Shown piece after piece: positions 46,193 to 56,059 of a stretch of DNA of 64,000 nucleotides (position 1 is the stretch's first letter; each line of letters begins with the position of its first letter). The notes below the pieces were generated by a model. That model was not told where the DNA came from. It did no database searches and saw nothing but the letters and a program-made list of their open reading frames with translations. The stretch is from positions 63,524-127,523 of the forward strand of contig JAZDDA010000190.1 in the NCBI GenBank assembly GCA_036679625.1, read 5' to 3'. The position numbers were made by a program, and so were the translations under genes. Origin of the DNA: Gemmatimonadota bacterium (GTDB lineage: Bacteria > Gemmatimonadota > Gemmatimonadetes > Longimicrobiales > Gaopeijiaceae).

Positions 46193-48325
46193 TCATCCTA
46201 CTGTGAACAGTTTCAGGCGCTCCCCATATCGCCCATCCAGGAGCGCGGCCACCCTTTGATGGCGCTCCGCCTCGAGCAATACGTCCTCCTCGATCATCCT
46301 GCGAGCCCGGGATTGTGCCTGAATGAGGAGGTCTTCGTCCTGAAGCAGATCCGCGAATCGGAGCACGGGGTCACGTCCATGCTGTTGGGCGCCAAAGAGA
46401 TCCCCCTGCCCTCGGATCTGAAGGTCAGCGCGCGCAATCTCGAAACCGTCGTTCGTGCGGGTAAAGATCTTGAGCCGTTCGGCGGCAAGCTCGCCGGGTT
46501 CAGCGATGAGGATGCAGTGGCTTTCCACCGTACCCCGACCCACCCGGCCGCGGAGCTGATGGAGCTGCGAAAGCCCAAACCTCTCGGCGTGCTCGATCAC
46601 CATCACAGACGCGTTGGCCACGTCGATTCCGACCTCGATGACCGTCGTGGCCACGAGCACATGGATCTTTCCGTCGAGAAAGGCGGCCATGACCTCGTTC
46701 TTCTCGGCACTCTTCATCTGACCATGTAGTAGCCCGACTCGCCAGTCCGGAAACACCTCCTCCTGAAGGCGTTGCTGCTCCTCGGTGGCGGAGAGGAGGT
46801 CGACCTTCTCGGACTCCTCGACGAGCGGGTAGACGACGTACGCCTGCCGACCTTCTTCGAGTCGGGCTTGGACGAATGAGTACACCTCATCTCGCCGTCC
46901 AGGGTAGCGCAGCGAAGTTCGAACCGGCGTCCGGCCAGGAGGAACCTCGTCGAGGACGCTCAGGTCGAGATCGCCGTACATCGTCATCGCCATCGAGCGT
47001 GGAATCGGAGTCGCCGACATGATCAGCGTATCGGGCGAGGGGTCCCGATCCCCGAACGCCATGCGCTGTCGCACCCCGAAGCGATGCTGCTCGTCTACGA
47101 CGACGAGCCCGAGGTCGTCAAAGTCTACACCCTCCTGGATGAGCGCGTGCGTACCCACGACCAGAGAAGGCCCTCCATCTGCAATCGCCGCTAGCGTCCC
47201 CCTGCGGTCCGAGGCGGAGAGCCTGCCGGTCAGCAGGTGCACCGCCAGACCCAGAGGCTCCACGAGCGCCCTGAGACGTCGGGCGTGCTGCTCGGCCAGG
47301 ATCTCGGTGGGAGCCATGAGCGCCGCCTGGGAACCGGCCTCGAGCGCCAGGAGCATGGCGAAGAGGGCCACGATCGTCTTTCCCGATCCCACGTCCCCCT
47401 GAAGGAGCCGGTTCATGCGCCGTGGGGAGGTCATATCCGAATAGATCTCGCGGAGCACGCGCGCCTGGGCATCCGTCAAAGAAAATTCCAGTGCCTCGTG
47501 GAGCGCCCGGATCAGCTCGTTGGTGCGGGCGTGCTGAATCCCGGGCCGCGCAAGCGTGTCCCGATGGCGGGCCCGGGCCTGGACCAACTGGACGAAGAAC
47601 AGCTCGTCGTAGGCGACCCTGCGCCGACCGGCGGCGGCGTCCCCCAACGACCTGGGCCGATGTAGTGAAGTCAGCGCATCCTTCAGCGCCGGGAGCCCCA
47701 GACCCTCTCGCTCCTCTTTAGAGAGGTATTCCTCTTCGACCACCTGATCTAGGAGCACGGTGAGGTTCTTCTCGAAGATTCCCCGTAGCACCCACTGGGG
47801 AACCTCGTCGCTCGCCGGGTAGGCGACGAACACGTGGCCTGCCGCGAGCCTGGAGCTCATCTCGTCGCTGGCTTCGGGAGAAGCCTGGGCGCCGTCGTCT
47901 GTCTCCACCGGAGCCCGCTCGAGGACGGTGAACTCTCTGGGTTGAAGCTGGCGCCCATGACGGAACTTCACCGGGCCCTGGGCGAGGAGTGTGTCCCCCT
48001 CCGAAAGCTTCCGCTCCAACCAGGGCTGTCCGGGCCAGGACACCGTGATCATACCCGACTCGTCCTGCAGTACGGCCTGGAAGATCCGCAGTCCGGAGCG
48101 GGTCGGCAGCACACCCTTGCTCCGGATTCGCCCCACGATGGTCGCGTCGGCTCCCACCTCCAGGCCCCCGATGGGTTGGAGTGTGGTCGCGTCGTCATAA
48201 CGCCGCGGAGTGTGGTACAGGAGGTCCCGAGCCGAAAAAATCCCCATGCGCCCCAGAGCCTCCGCTCGCTTGGGACCCACCCCCTTGAGGAACTGGACCG
48301 GACGATCCAGTTGGAAGAAGCTCAC
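46193..48325 (-). CDS. recG: ATP-dependent DNA helicase RecG
   Basis: 710 aa. Wedge/OB N-terminus, LQGDVGSGKT, VVDEQHRFG, SATPIPR and QLRGRVGRG. Confidence 0.93.
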   Translation of the reverse strand: MSFFQLDRPVQFLKGVGPKRAEALGRMGIFSARDLLYHTPRRYDDATTLQPIGGLEVGADATIVGRIRSKGVLPTRSGLRIFQAVLQDESGMITVSWPGQPWLERKLSEGDTLLAQGPVKFRHGRQLQPREFTVLERAPVETDDGAQASPEASDEMSSRLAAGHVFVAYPASDEVPQWVLRGIFEKNLTVLLDQVVEEEYLSKEEREGLGLPALKDALTSLHRPRSLGDAAAGRRRVAYDELFFVQLVQARARHRDTLARPGIQHARTNELIRALHEALEFSLTDAQARVLREIYSDMTSPRRMNRLLQGDVGSGKTIVALFAMLLALEAGSQAALMAPTEILAEQHARRLRALVEPLGLAVHLLTGRLSASDRRGTLAAIADGGPSLVVGTHALIQEGVDFDDLGLVVVDEQHRFGVRQRMAFGDRDPSPDTLIMSATPIPRSMAMTMYGDLDLSVLDEVPPGRTPVRTSLRYPGRRDEVYSFVQARLEEGRQAYVVYPLVEESEKVDLLSATEEQQRLQEEVFPDWRVGLLHGQMKSAEKNEVMAAFLDGKIHVLVATTVIEVGIDVANASVMVIEHAERFGLSQLHQLRGRVGRGTVESHCILIAEPGELAAERLKIFTRTNDGFEIARADLQIRGQGDLFGAQQHGRDPVLRFADLLQDEDLLIQAQSRARRMIEEDVLLEAERHQRVAALLDGRYGERLKLFTVG

Positions 48326-49248
48326 TCCCCAAACACCCCCTCGATGAACTGCTCCGGATCGAAGACCTCGAGGTCGGTGACTCCCTCCCCGCGGCCCACC
48401 AACTTCACCGGCAATCCGAATTCCTCCTGGAGGGCGACGACGATGCCGCCCCGCGCGGAGCTGTCCATCTTGGCAAGCACGATCCCCGTGAGATCAACGG
48501 CGTCGGCAAAGGCGCGGACCTGCGAGAGTGCGTTCTGGCCCACAGTAGCGTCGAGGACGATGAGGGATTCGTGCGGCGCGCCCTCCACCCTTCGGGCGAT
48601 CACACGCCTTACCTTCTTCAGTTCGTCCATCAGACCGGTCTGCGTATGCAGACGACCCGCCGTATCAATGAGGACTACATTGATCCCCCGCGCCTCAGCT
48701 GCATCGAGGGCATCGAAGGCAACCGATGCGGGGTCACCGCCGTGTTTGCCTCCCACGAACTCAACCCCGATCCGGTCAGCCCAGGTGCGCAGCTGCGCCA
48801 CGGCTCCAGCGCGAAAGGTGTCTCCCGCGGCCACCAACACGCTCTTGCCCTCCTCCCGCAGCCGATGGGCCAACTTCGCGATGGAGGTCGTCTTGCCGAC
48901 CCCGTTCACTCCGCACACGAGGTACACGGTCGGCCCCGATTCGGCTGCCGCCAGATACGCATCACGCGCCGGCTCGAGGATCGCGGCTACCTCAGTCCTT
49001 AGAGCAGCCTTCATGTCGAGGCCTGTGCGCACCTTGCCCCGACGGGCGAGAGCCTCGACCCGGTCGGTGAGCCGAAGCGTCGCCGCGACCCCAAAATCCG
49101 CACGGATAAGGCGCTCTTCGAGCGTGTCCAGCGTCTCGACATCGACACCCTTCACCGCGACCCGGACGTCGGTCAGCGCCAGATCCACGGCTCGGCGCCA
49201 CAGACTCCGCTTCTTCTCTGGTTTGTGCTTGAAAAGCCGCGCCATCAC
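48322..49248 (-). CDS. ftsY: Signal recognition particle receptor FtsY (short form, no acidic A domain)
   Basis: 308 aa. GVNGVGKTTSIAKLA, AAGDTFRAGA, DTAGRL and LAKMDSSARGG. Confidence 0.92.
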   Translation of the reverse strand: MMARLFKHKPEKKRSLWRRAVDLALTDVRVAVKGVDVETLDTLEERLIRADFGVAATLRLTDRVEALARRGKVRTGLDMKAALRTEVAAILEPARDAYLAAAESGPTVYLVCGVNGVGKTTSIAKLAHRLREEGKSVLVAAGDTFRAGAVAQLRTWADRIGVEFVGGKHGGDPASVAFDALDAAEARGINVVLIDTAGRLHTQTGLMDELKKVRRVIARRVEGAPHESLIVLDATVGQNALSQVRAFADAVDLTGIVLAKMDSSARGGIVVALQEEFGLPVKLVGRGEGVTDLEVFDPEQFIEGVFGE

Positions 49249-49332
49249 TCGACCAACATAGTAGGTGGGTCCTCAAAGTCCCGGACACCGACAGCCCAAG
49301 GTCCCGGAAGGAATCGATTCATGCGTCGACAG

Positions 49333-51288
49333 TCAACGAAGTCCCCGTCTCCGGCGACCGATCCACTCGAGCGACAAGAGGACCAGCACCAGGAGGTAGG
49401 GAAACGGGTGGGTCCTGATCGGCCGTCCGAGACCCCGTGCGCGCTCCCGGATCTCGCGGCTGGGGACACGCTCCAACGTCGCGGGATCGACCGCGGCGTA
49501 GAGAAGATCGTCTGTGAATGCCTCGACTCCGATTCGGCCAGCTGAGAGGGTGTCGGCGCCGGACTCCACCAAGAATCTGAAGTCACCCCCCGGGAGGGCC
49601 CGGGTGCGGAAGCCCCCCTCTGGGCCGACCACCACCGTAGTGTCGAATCCGTCCTGCGGGGGGGAGATCCGAACACGGAGTGTATCCCCGGGACGGCCTG
49701 GGGCGCGCCACACCACCGGAACGCCAGCGATGACGATATTCGACGCCGGCGCGACGCCGGCGCCCAACGAGGTTGGATCCTCCCTCAAGATCCATCCGAC
49801 CACAGAAGCCCAAACGCGCCGATAGGCGTTCCGGTGCTCGCCGTCTCGGAACGCCCATCGCCAGAATCCCTGAGCAACCGCGACCGCATATCGCCGGCCG
49901 CCGGCCTCTCGCAAGACGATGGCTGCCTCAGGAGCTCCTAGCCCCTGGCGCTGAACCACGAGGGGAGCCCTGGGGTCGGGCTCGAGAAGCGGCAAAAGGC
50001 CGGAGAGCGGGGGGAGCCCGGTAAAGGCGATGCCCGTCAACTCGCCCGAAAGCGGAGAGGGTGGTGGATCTGCGGGCGCGTACCATTCGCCAGGCTGTGG
50101 CGCCGTGCCAACTACCCCAGCGAGCGCGGCCCCCCCGGCGTCCTCCGCCAGTACCAGGGCTCGAGGCGCCGTTTGAAGCAGGCCCAGGAGCCACTCGGGA
50201 GGATTGCCAGAGAGCCCGTGGACAACGAGAAGCGACGCTCCCGCCGCTCGTTCGCGGACCTCCCCCTCTTCCACCGGAGCGGCCTGATCCGCAACGGACC
50301 CCATTGGGAGGAACCGCCCATCCGCCAACGCGAGGTAGCCACGGGCGGGAAGCCCGCTCACCTGCGCGAGCACAGGCAGAAGAAACCGTGGCTCCCAGTC
50401 GGGTTTGACGGACACGAGTACGATCCCGCCAACCTCGTCGGCCACCCGGACGATCCCGAGGCGGGTGTCATCGCCCGCAAAGGCATCTCCATCCATACGG
50501 ATGGTTGCAGAGTACAAGACCGCACCCTCTTCGGCTGAGGGGGGGAGCACGAAGGGGATCCGCGCGTCACGCCCGGCTGGGGGGAGCCCCACCCGAACCG
50601 AACCCACGAGTCGGCCCTCTTCACGAATCTCGACGGTAAAGGAATCCGCCGCGGCCTCCGCGACGTGTACGACCACCTCAGCCTGGACCGAGTCGCCCTG
50701 GTCCAGGACCGCTGGCACCTCGAATCGGGCCAACCCAGCATTCGGAATGCGATCACCCACCTGTTCCACCGAAACACCGAGCCCGAGGCGGTCGAGCGCC
50801 GCCAGCGCCCCGGACGGGTCCTCGATTCGGAGATCTGACACTACGGTCACGGTGTTCACTCCGGCCTCCGCTGCCCGGTTGAGCGCTGGCGCGAGTCGAC
50901 TCGACGTCATGAAGGGCGTCACGGAGTCGAGAGCCGCAGTCGCGATTGGCTCGATGCCGTCCCCGAAGAGCACGATTGGGGTATCGTCACCGAGCGTAGC
51001 CACCGCGCGTTCCACCGCTTGCTGCCACACCTCCACACCGCTTGAATCGACGGCCGCCAGAGAACTCGATGCGTCCACGAGAACCCACGAGTCCGCACCT
51101 CCGGCAAGGTCACGAGCCGGGAGCCGCGGATCGAAGAGAAGGAGGATCACCAGAACGAGGATGCCGCTTCGAAGGGCCGCCAGCCCGGCGCGCCCTGGCA
51201 CGGGGAGCTCCCGATGACGATAGACCCAAATCGTGCCCGCAACTGCAACAACAGCGGATACCACGAATCCAAGCCAGGATCCCGTCAC
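49333..51288 (-). CDS. Membrane protein with N-terminal double-TM (BatA-like) region, degenerate VWA-like domain and C-terminal TM anchor
   Basis: 651 aa. TM1 WLGFVVSAVVAVAGTIWVY and TM2 ILVLVILLLFDPRL. Then WVLVDASSSL (DxSxS MIDAS-like) and VTVVSDLRIED. About 400 aa are unassigned. C-terminal HPFPYLLVLVLLSLEWIGRRRRGLR. Confidence 0.55.
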   Translation of the reverse strand: MTGSWLGFVVSAVVAVAGTIWVYRHRELPVPGRAGLAALRSGILVLVILLLFDPRLPARDLAGGADSWVLVDASSSLAAVDSSGVEVWQQAVERAVATLGDDTPIVLFGDGIEPIATAALDSVTPFMTSSRLAPALNRAAEAGVNTVTVVSDLRIEDPSGALAALDRLGLGVSVEQVGDRIPNAGLARFEVPAVLDQGDSVQAEVVVHVAEAAADSFTVEIREEGRLVGSVRVGLPPAGRDARIPFVLPPSAEEGAVLYSATIRMDGDAFAGDDTRLGIVRVADEVGGIVLVSVKPDWEPRFLLPVLAQVSGLPARGYLALADGRFLPMGSVADQAAPVEEGEVRERAAGASLLVVHGLSGNPPEWLLGLLQTAPRALVLAEDAGGAALAGVVGTAPQPGEWYAPADPPPSPLSGELTGIAFTGLPPLSGLLPLLEPDPRAPLVVQRQGLGAPEAAIVLREAGGRRYAVAVAQGFWRWAFRDGEHRNAYRRVWASVVGWILREDPTSLGAGVAPASNIVIAGVPVVWRAPGRPGDTLRVRISPPQDGFDTTVVVGPEGGFRTRALPGGDFRFLVESGADTLSAGRIGVEAFTDDLLYAAVDPATLERVPSREIRERARGLGRPIRTHPFPYLLVLVLLSLEWIGRRRRGLR

Positions 51289-51345
51289 GGCGTTTCCTTA
51301 CGGAGATCGGCGAGAGACTTCATGGGAGCAGGACGGCCTGTGGGC

Positions 51346-52626
51346 TCAGTCGAGCCCATCCGGGTCTGCGAGACGAGCGTCGGGGTTGGAGCGAAGACGC
51401 GGCGCCCGATCGAGCAGTGCCAACCGAGGCATCAGCGCCGCCTGCCAATCCGCCCAGCTGTCCTGGGGAACGGGGTCCCCTGCAGGCAGCTCGATCGTGA
51501 GCGGATCCTTGGGCACGCCCCGCTGCCGCAGTTCATAGTGGAGATGGGGGCCTGTGGCCAACCCAGTGCTCCCCACGTAGCCCACGGTTTGTCCCTGCGC
51601 CACCCGACTCCCAACCGAGATTTTTGCGAATCGGCTCAGGTGCGCGTACCGGGTAACGAACCCGTTGGAATGGCGAACCTCGACGAGGTTTCCATAGGTG
51701 CTTCCGTTCTCCCTGCGCAGCACGACACCATCCCCGGTGACCATCACCGGCGTCCCCGAAGCAGCCGCAAAGTCGACCCCACGATGAGCGCGCCAACGCT
51801 TGAGAACCGGATGATATCTCGAATTCGTAAACCGACTCGAGATCCGGTACCGAAGCGCGATGGGGCTCTTCAGGAAGGCTCGCCGGACCGATTGACCGTC
51901 CAGATCGTAGTAGGTCCCCTTGCCGTCTCCGTTGGGATCGAAGTAGAGCGCATGGTACGGACGATCCTCGTTCACCAACTCGGCGGCCACCACCGTACCC
52001 GTTCGCATTGAACCGTCGGGCCGTACCTGCCGCTCGAAGGCGAATCGGTAGGTGTCTCCCGAACGAATCTGGCGCACAAAGTCGATCTGCCACTGGAAAA
52101 TCTTGTCGAGCGCGTCGATGAGCTTCGCGCGATCCTGCGGAGGGAGCCCCTCAAGTGCGGGATTGCCCACCACCGCGTTCCAGAGCGACGACTCAATCCT
52201 ACCCGAGGCGAAGACGGTGTCCACCCAGACCGGGGTCTGCACGAGCGAGGACTCCCATCCGATCTCAGAGCGGGTGAGGCGAATGGTCTCGTCAGGGTTC
52301 AGCGTCACATCGACGCCGCGGAGCACCTCTTCTGCCCCGGTGAGCCACCGGAAGGTGATCTCAGTCCCTGGGCGCATCCGGCGAGGGCTGGCCTGCTCTC
52401 GAAACGAGAGGAGCAACAACATTTGCTCGTTCGCCGAGAGACTGGGGGTAAGGAGCTCGCCGAAAGTCTGGCCCGAGGCGAGCCCGAATGTCTCGAGCCG
52501 CTCCGGGGGCGACGCATAGATCGGCTCTACCAGGCCAACGTTGGGCACACCACTACCCAACGCGCGCCACGCGATCAGAACGATCACAATCGCCAGGACC
52601 GACGCCGTTCTCCCCGTTGTCACCAT
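51346..52626 (-). CDS. M23-family metallopeptidase (murein endopeptidase-like)
   Basis: 426 aa. N-terminal TM anchor, then AHRGVDFAA, GNLVEVRH and GYVGSTGLATGPHLHYE. Confidence 0.85.
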   Translation of the reverse strand: MVTTGRTASVLAIVIVLIAWRALGSGVPNVGLVEPIYASPPERLETFGLASGQTFGELLTPSLSANEQMLLLLSFREQASPRRMRPGTEITFRWLTGAEEVLRGVDVTLNPDETIRLTRSEIGWESSLVQTPVWVDTVFASGRIESSLWNAVVGNPALEGLPPQDRAKLIDALDKIFQWQIDFVRQIRSGDTYRFAFERQVRPDGSMRTGTVVAAELVNEDRPYHALYFDPNGDGKGTYYDLDGQSVRRAFLKSPIALRYRISSRFTNSRYHPVLKRWRAHRGVDFAAASGTPVMVTGDGVVLRRENGSTYGNLVEVRHSNGFVTRYAHLSRFAKISVGSRVAQGQTVGYVGSTGLATGPHLHYELRQRGVPKDPLTIELPAGDPVPQDSWADWQAALMPRLALLDRAPRLRSNPDARLADPDGLD

Positions 52627-52689
52627 TCTAGACTCTCACCCATCTAGCTCCTCACCTGCTCCCATGTCGGTTGCACCCCCCACACCTAC

Positions 52690-52718
52690 AGTATACCACC
52701 CGGAGATGCCGATTTCAC
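52690..52718 (-). promoter_or_regulatory. Candidate sigma70-type promoter for the M23 peptidase gene (-35 GTGAAA, 17-nt spacer, -10 TATACT)
   Basis: The minus strand reads GTGAAAtcggcatctccgggtggTATACT (52718 to 52690), about 64 nt upstream of the ATG at 52626. By-eye match only. Confidence 0.3.
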
Positions 52719-52813
52719 CACAGCCGCCCATCGGGGTCCACACTCCCCGAGTCAGCTGAGGCCGGGCCTTCGCCCAGAAGCCACCCCCATCCTCTTCGAT
52801 CAGGCCATCCCGA

Positions 52814-54028
52814 TCAGTCCATCTGCCTGCGAATGAATGTCGGAATGTCCAACTCGCCGATCTGCTCCCTCGTCACGACGCGCTGCGGCGCCCTCGCGAA
52901 GGGGACGACATCGACAGGCACGGCTGAACCTCCAGCCATCGCCATGCGTGGCACGGTCTCGAGCGGCGTGGTTTGCGCCACAACCCGTTCGATCATCGGC
53001 TGCTGCTGAACGACCGGCCGCCGAAAGTCGGGGCGGAGCACGATGTCCTCAGTGCACGCGCCCACATCGGACTCAAACCCGGTGGCGATCACCGTCACCC
53101 GAACCTGACCCTCCATCTCGGGATCGTGAACGGCTCCGAAGATGATCTCGGCCTCGTCTCCGACCTCTTCCTGGATGATCGTGGAAATCTGCTGAACCTC
53201 GTCGATCGCCAGGTCCATGCCCCCTGTGATGTTGATGAGCACGCCCTCGGCTCCCCGGATGGAGAGGCTGTCGAGGAGCGGCGATGAGATCGCCTCCTGC
53301 GCAGCTTCCTGAGCCCGGTTGTCACCCTCACCGAAGCCAGACCCCATGAGCGCCGGCCCACGGCAGGACATGATCGTGCGCACGTCGGCAAAGTCGACGT
53401 TGACCTCGCCACTCACTCGAATGAGGTCACTGATGCCCTGCGTCGCGTGGAGCAGCACCTCATCGGCCTTCTTGAGGGCGTCTCGGAAACAAGTCCCCTT
53501 CCCGACCACGGAGAGCAGGCGGTCGTTCGGCACGATGATCATCGTGTCGACGGTACGCCGAAGCTCGGCGAGGCCCTGTTCGGCCTGCCTCATCCGCTTT
53601 TTCCCCTCGAACGAGAATGGGCGCGTAACGATCGCGATCGTCAAAGCTCCCATTTCTCGCGCGATCTCGCCAATCATCGGAGCACCACCCGTTCCGGTGC
53701 CTCCACCCATCCCGGCCGTCACGAACACGAGGTCCGCCCCTTCCAGGGACTTCCTCACCTCGTCGGCGCTTTCGGCGATCGCCTGCCGACCGATCTCAGG
53801 TCGCGCACCGGCCCCGAGCCCACGGGTCAACTGCTTCCCGAGCTGGATCGTCACCTGCGCGCGAGACCCCTTGAGGGCCTGCGCATCTGTGTTTGCAGAG
53901 ATGAACTCTACGCCCTCGAGGTCTTCGTCGATCATGCGGTTCACAGCGTTTCCGCCGGCACCGCCGACCCCGACGACCTTCATTCGAGCGTTTGGGAGTG
54001 GCATCTCCTCGAACTCGAAGATCATCAT
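52814..54028 (-). CDS. ftsZ: Cell division GTPase FtsZ
   Basis: 404 aa. [13 protein letters not shown], tubulin signature [17 protein letters not shown] and a conserved C-terminal peptide DIPTFIRRQ. Confidence 0.96.
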   Translation of the reverse strand: MMIFEFEEMPLPNARMKVVGVGGAGGNAVNRMIDEDLEGVEFISANTDAQALKGSRAQVTIQLGKQLTRGLGAGARPEIGRQAIAESADEVRKSLEGADLVFVTAGMGGGTGTGGAPMIGEIAREMGALTIAIVTRPFSFEGKKRMRQAEQGLAELRRTVDTMIIVPNDRLLSVVGKGTCFRDALKKADEVLLHATQGISDLIRVSGEVNVDFADVRTIMSCRGPALMGSGFGEGDNRAQEAAQEAISSPLLDSLSIRGAEGVLINITGGMDLAIDEVQQISTIIQEEVGDEAEIIFGAVHDPEMEGQVRVTVIATGFESDVGACTEDIVLRPDFRRPVVQQQPMIERVVAQTTPLETVPRMAMAGGSAVPVDVVPFARAPQRVVTREQIGELDIPTFIRRQMD

Positions 54029-54035
54029 GTTTCCG

Positions 54036-54042
54036 TCTCCTT
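54036..54042 (-). promoter_or_regulatory. Shine-Dalgarno (AAGGAGA) of ftsZ
   Basis: The minus strand reads AAGGAGAcggaaacATG, with 7-nt spacing to the ATG at 54028. Confidence 0.55.
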
Positions 54043-54068
54043 ATCAAACGTGGTGTGTGGTGTGTGGA

Positions 54069-55298
54069 TCAAAAGAATTCCTTCAGCCAGGCACCTGCCC
54101 TGGATACCAATCCGGACGTCGTGGTCGACGCCCCGCGGCCCGTTCGCGCGTACCGGTCCATCCCATAGAGCACGAGGCCGGTCGCCGTTGCGAACTTCGG
54201 ACGCCCAACCGACTCTGCGAGCCCGGTGAGCCCCTCCGATGGGATTCCATAGCGTACCGGAGCAGCGAAGACGTGCTGGGCAAGCTCCAGCGTCCCGTGG
54301 AGCGCCGACGCGCCGCCCGTGATCACGATTCCCGCACCCAGCCGCGAAAGGTGACCGTTCGCCTCGAGCCTGCGCTGAACGAGTCCGAACACCTCGTCCA
54401 GGCGCTGTTCGATCACATGGGCGATCAGCTCGCGGGCCACGTGCCGCTTCTGTCCTGGGGATGGCCCAGGCATTTCGACTGTTTCCTGCGGATCGACCAG
54501 CTGCGAAAAGGCCACCCCGAAGGACTCCTTCGCCTTCCGCGCTTCGGCAAAGGGGACGGACAGGCCCCGGACCAGATCGTTGGTGACGGTCGTTCCTCCG
54601 AATGGGAGAACGGCCAGGTCACGAATCTCTCCGTCGAAGTACACCGTCAGGTCCGTCGTGCCGCCGCCCATTTCGAGCATCGCCACACCGACCTCCTTCT
54701 CGTCCTCCGTCAGGACTGCGCGCGCCGCTGCGAGCGGATCCGAAACGAGCTCCTGGACCCGGTAGCCCGCCCTCTGCACCGCCTTGCGGATGTTGTTCGC
54801 GGCAGAGGTAGAGCACGTCACCAGGTACACGTCGGCTTCGAGTCGAATTCCGCCCATCCCGACCGGGTCCTTCACCTCTCGCTGATGGTCCACGCGGTAT
54901 TCCTGTGGAATGGCGTGAAGCAGCTCGCGGTCCGGAGGAAACGCAACTGCGCCGGCAACCTCATGTACGCGCTCCAGGTCACCACGCGAGATTTCATCCG
55001 CGCCTACCGCGACGACGCCCAGCGAGGATGAGGCGGAAACATGCTCGCCGTCGATCGCCACGTAGACGCGGTCCACTCCGCAGCCCGCCATCAGCTCGGC
55101 CTCTTCGAGGGCTTTGCGCACCGACTCGGTGGTCTCCTCGATGTTCGTCACGACCTGCTTGATCCCCGAGCTTCGCGCCTGTCCCACGCCCAGCACCTTC
55201 AGCTCACAGTGCCCGCCCACGTCACCCACGACTTCGGCGATCACCGCGCAGGTCTTGCATGTCCCGATATCCACACCCGCAAGGAGGACCGTGCTCAT
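54069..55298 (-). CDS. ftsA: Cell division protein FtsA
   Basis: 409 aa. Actin-fold phosphate motifs AGVDIGTCKTCAVI, LEMGGGTTDL and IVITGGASAL. Confidence 0.93.
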   Translation of the reverse strand: MSTVLLAGVDIGTCKTCAVIAEVVGDVGGHCELKVLGVGQARSSGIKQVVTNIEETTESVRKALEEAELMAGCGVDRVYVAIDGEHVSASSSLGVVAVGADEISRGDLERVHEVAGAVAFPPDRELLHAIPQEYRVDHQREVKDPVGMGGIRLEADVYLVTCSTSAANNIRKAVQRAGYRVQELVSDPLAAARAVLTEDEKEVGVAMLEMGGGTTDLTVYFDGEIRDLAVLPFGGTTVTNDLVRGLSVPFAEARKAKESFGVAFSQLVDPQETVEMPGPSPGQKRHVARELIAHVIEQRLDEVFGLVQRRLEANGHLSRLGAGIVITGGASALHGTLELAQHVFAAPVRYGIPSEGLTGLAESVGRPKFATATGLVLYGMDRYARTGRGASTTTSGLVSRAGAWLKEFF

Positions 55299-56059
55299 GG
55301 CGCCGTCCTCCCCAACTCGGGCACGTCGCTGGTTTCATAGCCGACGACGATCTGATCCTCGTACCTCAGATCGATGACACGAGGCCGCACGCCTCCGCGG
55401 CGTGAGACAGCGTCCTCAAACACTTGGATGCCCTCCCTGAGGCGCCGGGGCGAAATCGGTGCTGTGAAGCGGAATACCAGCTCCTCCCGGCCGATCATCA
55501 TCACCACATCGCCCTGGGCGTCGAGCCGCAAGGCAGATACTGAGGTCCTCATGCGGATGTCGAATTCGGCGATTCGGTGAGCTTCACGAGCCAGAAGGCG
55601 AAGCGCCGCCGGCTCGGGACGCCCATCAAGCGCAACCGAAAGCGGAGGCCGCAGGAGGGGTAGATCGAGGACACGCACCGCAGGATCGAGCGGAAGGATG
55701 ACCCCGTGCTCGTCGACAGGCTCGAGCAGGGGTGTCGCAACCAGCCCCACCGGAACGCGCTCCTCGATCCGGATGACGATCCGGTCAGGCCAGCGATTCT
55801 CGATCGTCGCCTTTTCGATGAGGGGGTGAGCCTCCACGGCCCGCTCCCACCCCATCACCTCACTCCAGTAGCTGAAGCCCTCTGGAAGCGCTGCCGCCTC
55901 AAGTACATCATCCCTGCTCACAAGATCGCCGCCCAGGACCTCGACTCGGTGAATGCGGAAGTACTCCACATCCTCGAGCGAGGTGAGAGCGTGGCTTGTA
56001 GCCCAGGCCACCGAGACGGCGAGGAGCGCCCCAATCAGGAGTTGGCTCATACTACGCAT
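55295..56059 (-). CDS. ftsQ: Cell division protein FtsQ (POTRA domain)
   Basis: TM LLIGALLAVSVAW, then a POTRA-like region FRIHRVEVLGGDLVSRDDVLEAAAL and WPDRIVIRIEERVPV. The track start at 56152 would overlap murC by 101 nt. I prefer the ATG at 56059 (8-nt overlap) or 56050. Confidence 0.8.
   Translation of the reverse strand: MRSMSQLLIGALLAVSVAWATSHALTSLEDVEYFRIHRVEVLGGDLVSRDDVLEAAALPEGFSYWSEVMGWERAVEAHPLIEKATIENRWPDRIVIRIEERVPVGLVATPLLEPVDEHGVILPLDPAVRVLDLPLLRPPLSVALDGRPEPAALRLLAREAHRIAEFDIRMRTSVSALRLDAQGDVVMMIGREELVFRFTAPISPRRLREGIQVFEDAVSRRGGVRPRVIDLRYEDQIVVGYETSDVPELGRTAP

Noticed and set aside
44831-46729. 632-aa plus-strand ORF, the longest unexplained ORF in the track
   Set aside because: It lies entirely antisense to asnS and the 3' end of recG, both of which carry unmistakable family motifs. 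Its translation is low-complexity (R/L/E/P/V-rich) with no motif. Long stop-free antisense frames are expected in GC-rich DNA.
47834-49261. 475-aa plus-strand ORF
   Set aside because: Antisense to recG and ftsY. Ser/Arg/Pro/Thr-rich low-complexity translation.
54051-54067. Micro tandem repeat TGGTGTG x ~2.4 between ftsA and ftsZ
   Set aside because: Too short to count as a repeat element. It probably just belongs to the CA-rich ftsZ leader on the sense strand.
53319-55031. 570-aa plus-strand ORF
   Set aside because: Antisense to ftsZ and ftsA. The product is Ser/Pro/Arg-rich with no recognisable domain. GC-driven artefact.
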